A stretch of DNA of 64,000 nt, from NCBI GenBank assembly GCA_965206595.1, contig OZ242214.1, forward strand, positions 4,512,001-4,576,000, in the 5' to 3' direction. Numbering within the stretch: the first letter of the stretch is position 1; each line of letters starts with the position of its first letter. This document shows positions 58,182-64,000 of this stretch, piece by piece. The translations under genes were made by a program, and so were the position numbers. The notes beneath the pieces are model-generated. The model saw only the letters and a program-made list of their open reading frames with translations. It ran no database searches and had not been told where the DNA came from. The stretch is from Candidatus Latescibacterota bacterium. GTDB taxonomy: Bacteria > Latescibacterota > UBA2968 > UBA8231.

Positions 58182-59312
58182 TCACGGCAATCGAGCCTGG
58201 TAGCCGAGGGAGTTGAGCACCACCAGCGACTGCTCGGCTGCCTCGGGGCTGTCGAACCCCAGGCGGATGGTGCCGCCTTCACCCTCGCGCACCTTCATCA
58301 CCTCGATGTCGTTGATGTTGAGATTCTCCGCGGCCAGACCGCCGGCAATTTCGGCAATCACTCCCGGTTTGTCCTCGGCGACGACGAGAATCTCGTGCAG
58401 GCGGTGCAGAAACCCCTTGGCGTCGCGCGGGATCGAGGCCCGCATTTCATTGGCGAAATCGAAATCCCGTTGCAGGCTCTCGTCCCCAACGCGTTCCCGG
58501 ACATCGCGCAGCATGGCCGAGAAACGGTCGATCAGCTCGCGAATGCTGTCGGCGTTGGTCCTGCATATGTCCTCCCACACAGGGGCGAAGGGACTGGAGG
58601 CGATGCGCGTCAGGTCGCGGAAACCTCCCGCTGCCAGCGGCAGATACAGGCCTCCTTCTTCCTCGTCCATGCGTCCCACCATCTCGACGAGCGAGGTCGC
58701 CAGCATCTGCGGCAAGTGCGAAATCGCCGCGACCACGCGGTCGTGCATCTCGGCGGACAACTCGACGACCCTGGCACCAATGCGCCCCAGCAGCAGCTGC
58801 AGGTCGGCATAGAGCCGTTCCGGGACGCGCTCATCCGGTATCAGGATGTAGATCGCATTCTGAAAAAGGAACGGATCGGCGGCGCGGACTCCCGATCGTT
58901 CGGAGCCTGCCATCGGGTGTCCGCCTATGAAGTATGCCTTCTCTCTGCCTGCGGCGCGCGCGGTTTGCGCGATCACCCGCTTGGTGCTGCCTACATCCGT
59001 TATCAGGGCATTTTCGCGGGCGAGGCGCATCACCTCGGGGAGGAGTTCCACGATGCGCCGGATCGGAGTGCAGAGCAGGACCAGATCGGCATCAGCGATC
59101 CCCCTGTCGAGCTCTTCGTAGGAATACCCTTCGTCGAGCACTCCCAGATCGAGGGCCTTGGCGATGGTCTCGTTGCGGCTGATGCCGACAACGCGCGTCG
59201 AGGGGGCGGCCTGCCTGACTGCGAGTCCAAGGGAACCGCCGATCAGGCCGACGCCGACTATGGCGATACGCTCGAAGACGTCAGCTCTCCTCGCGTCCTG
59301 GCTGCGGGCCAT
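58182..59312 (-). CDS. tyrA: Prephenate/arogenate dehydrogenase with C-terminal ACT domain
   Basis: GVGLIGGS, DVGSTK, GGHPMAGSE, HD...SHLP, GFRDLTRIA, DKPGVIA. Confidence 0.95.
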   Translation of the reverse strand: MARSQDARRADVFERIAIVGVGLIGGSLGLAVRQAAPSTRVVGISRNETIAKALDLGVLDEGYSYEELDRGIADADLVLLCTPIRRIVELLPEVMRLARENALITDVGSTKRVIAQTARAAGREKAYFIGGHPMAGSERSGVRAADPFLFQNAIYILIPDERVPERLYADLQLLLGRIGARVVELSAEMHDRVVAAISHLPQMLATSLVEMVGRMDEEEGGLYLPLAAGGFRDLTRIASSPFAPVWEDICRTNADSIRELIDRFSAMLRDVRERVGDESLQRDFDFANEMRASIPRDAKGFLHRLHEILVVAEDKPGVIAEIAGGLAAENLNINDIEVMKVREGEGGTIRLGFDSPEAAEQSLVVLNSLGYQARLP

Positions 59313-59324
59313 TCGACATTCCGG

Positions 59325-59582
59325 TCACTGCTGTTCGAGGTCGCGAGCTGCGGCGATAATGCGCGTGAAAACGTCGACCAATGCCCTGTCTCCCAGGGGG
59401 CCCTGGTTGTACTCCCGCAGCCGTTGCAACAGGTCGCGTTCCCGTTGCGGGTCGCGGACCTCCAACCCTTCCGCGCGCTTGATCTTCCCGATCTCCACGG
59501 CGTACTCGAGCCGCTTGTTGATAAGATCGACCAGCTCTTCGTCGACCTCGTCGATGCGGGCACGCCACTCACTGAGGTCCAT
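59325..59582 (-). CDS. Chorismate mutase (AroQ class, monofunctional)
   Basis: LSEWRARIDEVD...KR...IGKIK...VRDPQRE. Confidence 0.92.
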   Translation of the reverse strand: MDLSEWRARIDEVDEELVDLINKRLEYAVEIGKIKRAEGLEVRDPQRERDLLQRLREYNQGPLGDRALVDVFTRIIAAARDLEQQ

Positions 59583-59634
59583 TCGCAACTGCGCTCCTGT
59601 TCGGGACACCCCGTTTCCCGGCCGCGATCCCGGA

Positions 59635-60621
59635 CTAGCGAAAACCCATGACCGAGCGCACGCGATCCATCGTCCGCTCGACGACAGGGCCTGCCTTTCC
59701 CGCCCCCTGTTCCAGGATCCCGTCCAGGTAGTGCGGATCTGCGGTAATCTCGCGGTACTTCTCCTGCAGCGGTGCCAGCGACTCGGTCACGAGGTCGGCG
59801 AGCTCCCCCTTGAGGTCTCCGTACCCCTTGCCCTGGAACCGGGCTTCGATCTCCTCCTCGCTGCGTCCGGAAAGGGCCTGGTATATCGTCAGCAGGTTGA
59901 AGAGCCCGGGGCGCTGGGGATTGAAGACGATATCCCGCTCCGAGTCGGTGACCGCCCGCGCCAACTTCTTGCGTATAACCTTGGGGGCGTCGAGGAGGCC
60001 TATTGCGTGATTCCTGCCCGTTTCGGATTTCGACATCTTCCTGGTGGGGTCGTCCAGTCCCATTACGCGCGCCCCGACGGGCCGAATCAGCGGCTCGGGT
60101 ACGGTGAACACCTTTCCGAAGCGATTGTTGAAGCGATTGGCGATGTCGCGGGCGAGCTCGACGTGCTGCTTCTGGTCCTCCCCGACGGGGACCGCGTCAG
60201 CCTGGTAGATGAGGATGTCGGCAGCCATGAGCACGGGGTAGGCGAAGAGTCCGGTGCCGGTCGCCTCGTCGCGGCCTCCGGCCTTGTCCTTGAACTGCGT
60301 CATCCGCTGCAGCCAGCCCATCGGCGTCACGCAGGTGAGAAGCCAGGTGAGCTCGGTGTGTTCGGGGACGTGCGACTGCACGAAAAGGACGCTACGCTCC
60401 GGGTCGATGCCGGCAGCCAGGAGAACGGCGGCCATCATCCGGGTGTTCGCCCTGAGCTCTTCGGGATCGTAGTCGACGGTGATGGCGTGCTGATCGACGA
60501 TACAGAAGTAGTTCTCGTACTTCTCCTGGTCGGTTACCCAGTGAGCGATGGCACCGATGAGGTTGCCGATGTGGGGCTCGCCGCTCGGCTGGATGCCGGA
60601 AAGGACTCTTTTGCTTGCCAC
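59635..60621 (-). CDS. trpS: Tryptophan--tRNA ligase
   Basis: SGIQPSG, HIGN, YPVLMAADI, VPVGEDQ, KMSKS. Confidence 0.98.
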   Translation of the reverse strand: MASKRVLSGIQPSGEPHIGNLIGAIAHWVTDQEKYENYFCIVDQHAITVDYDPEELRANTRMMAAVLLAAGIDPERSVLFVQSHVPEHTELTWLLTCVTPMGWLQRMTQFKDKAGGRDEATGTGLFAYPVLMAADILIYQADAVPVGEDQKQHVELARDIANRFNNRFGKVFTVPEPLIRPVGARVMGLDDPTRKMSKSETGRNHAIGLLDAPKVIRKKLARAVTDSERDIVFNPQRPGLFNLLTIYQALSGRSEEEIEARFQGKGYGDLKGELADLVTESLAPLQEKYREITADPHYLDGILEQGAGKAGPVVERTMDRVRSVMGFR

Positions 60622-60629
60622 CTCGATTC

Positions 60630-61424
<795 letters not shown>

Positions 61425-61581
61425 GTTTCCTGGAACAATCCCGACAACCCCGCCGGGCGCCTTGTCCCCGAAACGGGTTGCCGAAGTTCGACCGCGGGGT
61501 CGCCCGGCTCGCAAGGAACCTGAGCGGGTCGCGGCGGGGTCGTACTGCGGGCGAATGGCCGGAAATGGATGAGACGGAACA

Positions 61582-62589
61582 CTAGGAGTTGCTGATTTCG
61601 ACGAGCTTTTCGAGCGCGGCGAGGGCCGCGCCGGAGGCGATGCTCTCCTCGGCCACGGGGGTCCCGGAAGGCAGATCCTCCGCAAGGTCTCCGGCGGCAA
61701 CGGCCGCTGCGGCGTTCATCACGACGACGTCCTTGGCCGGCCCCGGCTTGCCTTCGAGCACGGACCGCAGAATGGCGGCGTTGTCGGCAGCCGTCCCCCC
61801 CAGGAGATCGGCGGCTGTCGTCGTCTCGAAGCCAAAACAGCCCGGGGCGACCTCGAAGGTTCTCAGGACTCCGTTTTTCAGCTCGGTGACCTGCGAAGGC
61901 CCGGTCGACGTGATCTCGTCGAGGCCGTCGCTGCCGTGAACCACGTAGGCGCGCTCGGAACCCAGCATCTGCAGCACTCCGGCCAACTTCTCGGTGAGGC
62001 TGGCGTCGAAAACGCCGAGCAGCTGCCGCCTGGCCCCGGCGGGATTGGTCAGGGGTCCGAGGATGTTGAACACGGTGCGGGTGCCGATCTCCCTGCGAGG
62101 GCCGATGGCGTGCTTCATCGCCCCGTGCAACAACGGGGCGAAAAGAAAGCCGATGCCCGCTTCATCGAGACACTCGGCGACCTTCTCAGGGCCGGCCTCG
62201 ATGTTGACCCCCAGCTCCAGCAGCACATCGGCGGAGCCGCACCTGCTCGACATTGCCCGGTTTCCGTGCTTGGCAACGCAGAGCCCGGCGCCGGCGGCGA
62301 CGAAGGCGACCGCTGTAGAGATGTTGAAGGTCCCCGAACCGTCCCCTCCGGTGCCGCAGGTGTCGATCTTCGTTCCCCTGCCGCCGCCGATGCGCGTCGC
62401 CTTCTCCCGCATCACCTCGGCGAAGCCCGCCACCTCGGTCACGGTCTCGCCCTTGCAGCGCAGGGCGATCAGGAAGGCTCCTATCTGGGCGTCGGTCGCC
62501 TGACCGCTCATGATCTGGTCCATCGCCCCGCGGGCGCTATCGCGGTCGAAATCCACCCCGTCGAGCAGCTGTTGAATTACGGTCTGCAT
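61582..62589 (-). CDS. trpD: Anthranilate phosphoribosyltransferase
   Basis: DTCGTGGDG, NIST, KHGNR..SS..GSAD, RTVFNILGPL.NP, GLDE. Confidence 0.98.
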   Translation of the reverse strand: MQTVIQQLLDGVDFDRDSARGAMDQIMSGQATDAQIGAFLIALRCKGETVTEVAGFAEVMREKATRIGGGRGTKIDTCGTGGDGSGTFNISTAVAFVAAGAGLCVAKHGNRAMSSRCGSADVLLELGVNIEAGPEKVAECLDEAGIGFLFAPLLHGAMKHAIGPRREIGTRTVFNILGPLTNPAGARRQLLGVFDASLTEKLAGVLQMLGSERAYVVHGSDGLDEITSTGPSQVTELKNGVLRTFEVAPGCFGFETTTAADLLGGTAADNAAILRSVLEGKPGPAKDVVVMNAAAAVAAGDLAEDLPSGTPVAEESIASGAALAALEKLVEISNS

Positions 62590-62620
62590 CGCTCGCGCCC
62601 TTTCTCCTGGTCGGTGAGGG

Positions 62621-63170
62621 TCAGTTCTGGTTGAGAAAATTGGCGAGCAGCCGCTTACCGGCCCCGGTCAGGATGGATTCGGGGTGGAATTGGACTCCCT
62701 GAACCGGGAAGTCGCGGTGGCGGATGCCCATGATGACGCCGTCGCCGGTTTCGGCCACTACCTCAAGGCAGTCGGGCAGGGTCTCGCGCTCGACGACGAG
62801 CGAGTGGTAACGCGTAGCGGTGAAGGGGTTGGGCAAGGCGGCGAAGAGGCGCTGACCGTCGTGGTGGATTTCCGACGTCTTTCCGTGCATGATGCAGGGC
62901 GCGCGCAGGACGATACCGCCGAAGGCCTGGCCGATCGCCTGGTGCCCGAGACAGACGCCGAGCAGGGGTATTTTTGGGCCGAGTCGAATCGCCAGTTCCA
63001 TCGAGATGCCCGCCTCGTTCGGCGTACAGGGGCCAGGCGAGATGACGATCTTCTCAGGCTGGAGAGCGGCCACTTCATCGACGCTGATCTTGTCGTTCCG
63101 GTGCACCTGCAACTCGGCGCCGAGCTCTCCCAGGTACTGAACGAGATTGTATGTAAAGGAATCGTAGTTA

Positions 63171-63187
<17 letters not shown>
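62621..63187 (-). CDS. trpG: Anthranilate synthase component II (glutamine amidotransferase)
   Basis: [32 protein letters not shown]. Confidence 0.95.

Positions 63188-64000
<813 letters not shown>

Overview
High-GC bacterial chromosome segment. The gene repertoire (paralogous proteins with FlgD-Ig/T9SS-like C-terminal domains, PhyH dioxygenases, a DUF6785-like transporter, a CRTAC1/ASPIC lipoprotein) suggests an FCB-group organism such as Latescibacterota or Gemmatimonadota; this is inference only. Layout: (1) 1-17.3 kb holds accessory catabolic, secreted and transport genes. (2) 17.3-21.3 kb is a mosaic of gene fragments around an IS481-like remnant. (3) A sialidase is followed by a complete ISL3 element (IRs and 8-bp TSD visible, transposase with an internal stop) inserted directly in front of an AT-rich two-gene putative restriction-modification island whose small nuclease-like gene is frameshifted in an A8 run. 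(4) A membrane-anchored pentaheme cytochrome c/TPR protein is coupled to an FG-GAP/ASPIC lipoprotein. (5) uppP, an aldolase and an M28 peptidase follow. (6) A ~12 kb surface-polysaccharide locus includes an unusual tandem YjbQ-like gene and sixA. (7) A minus-strand aromatic amino-acid supraoperon reads trpE-trpG-trpD-trpC-trpS-CM-tyrA-aroA*-smallORF-aroE-argS-aroK-aroB-rimO-DUF971. The most striking observation is that the intact gene in the aroA position has lost essentially every EPSP-synthase substrate-binding and catalytic motif and is translationally coupled to an unannotated 46-aa membrane protein. All calls come from reading motifs by eye; no database searches were run.
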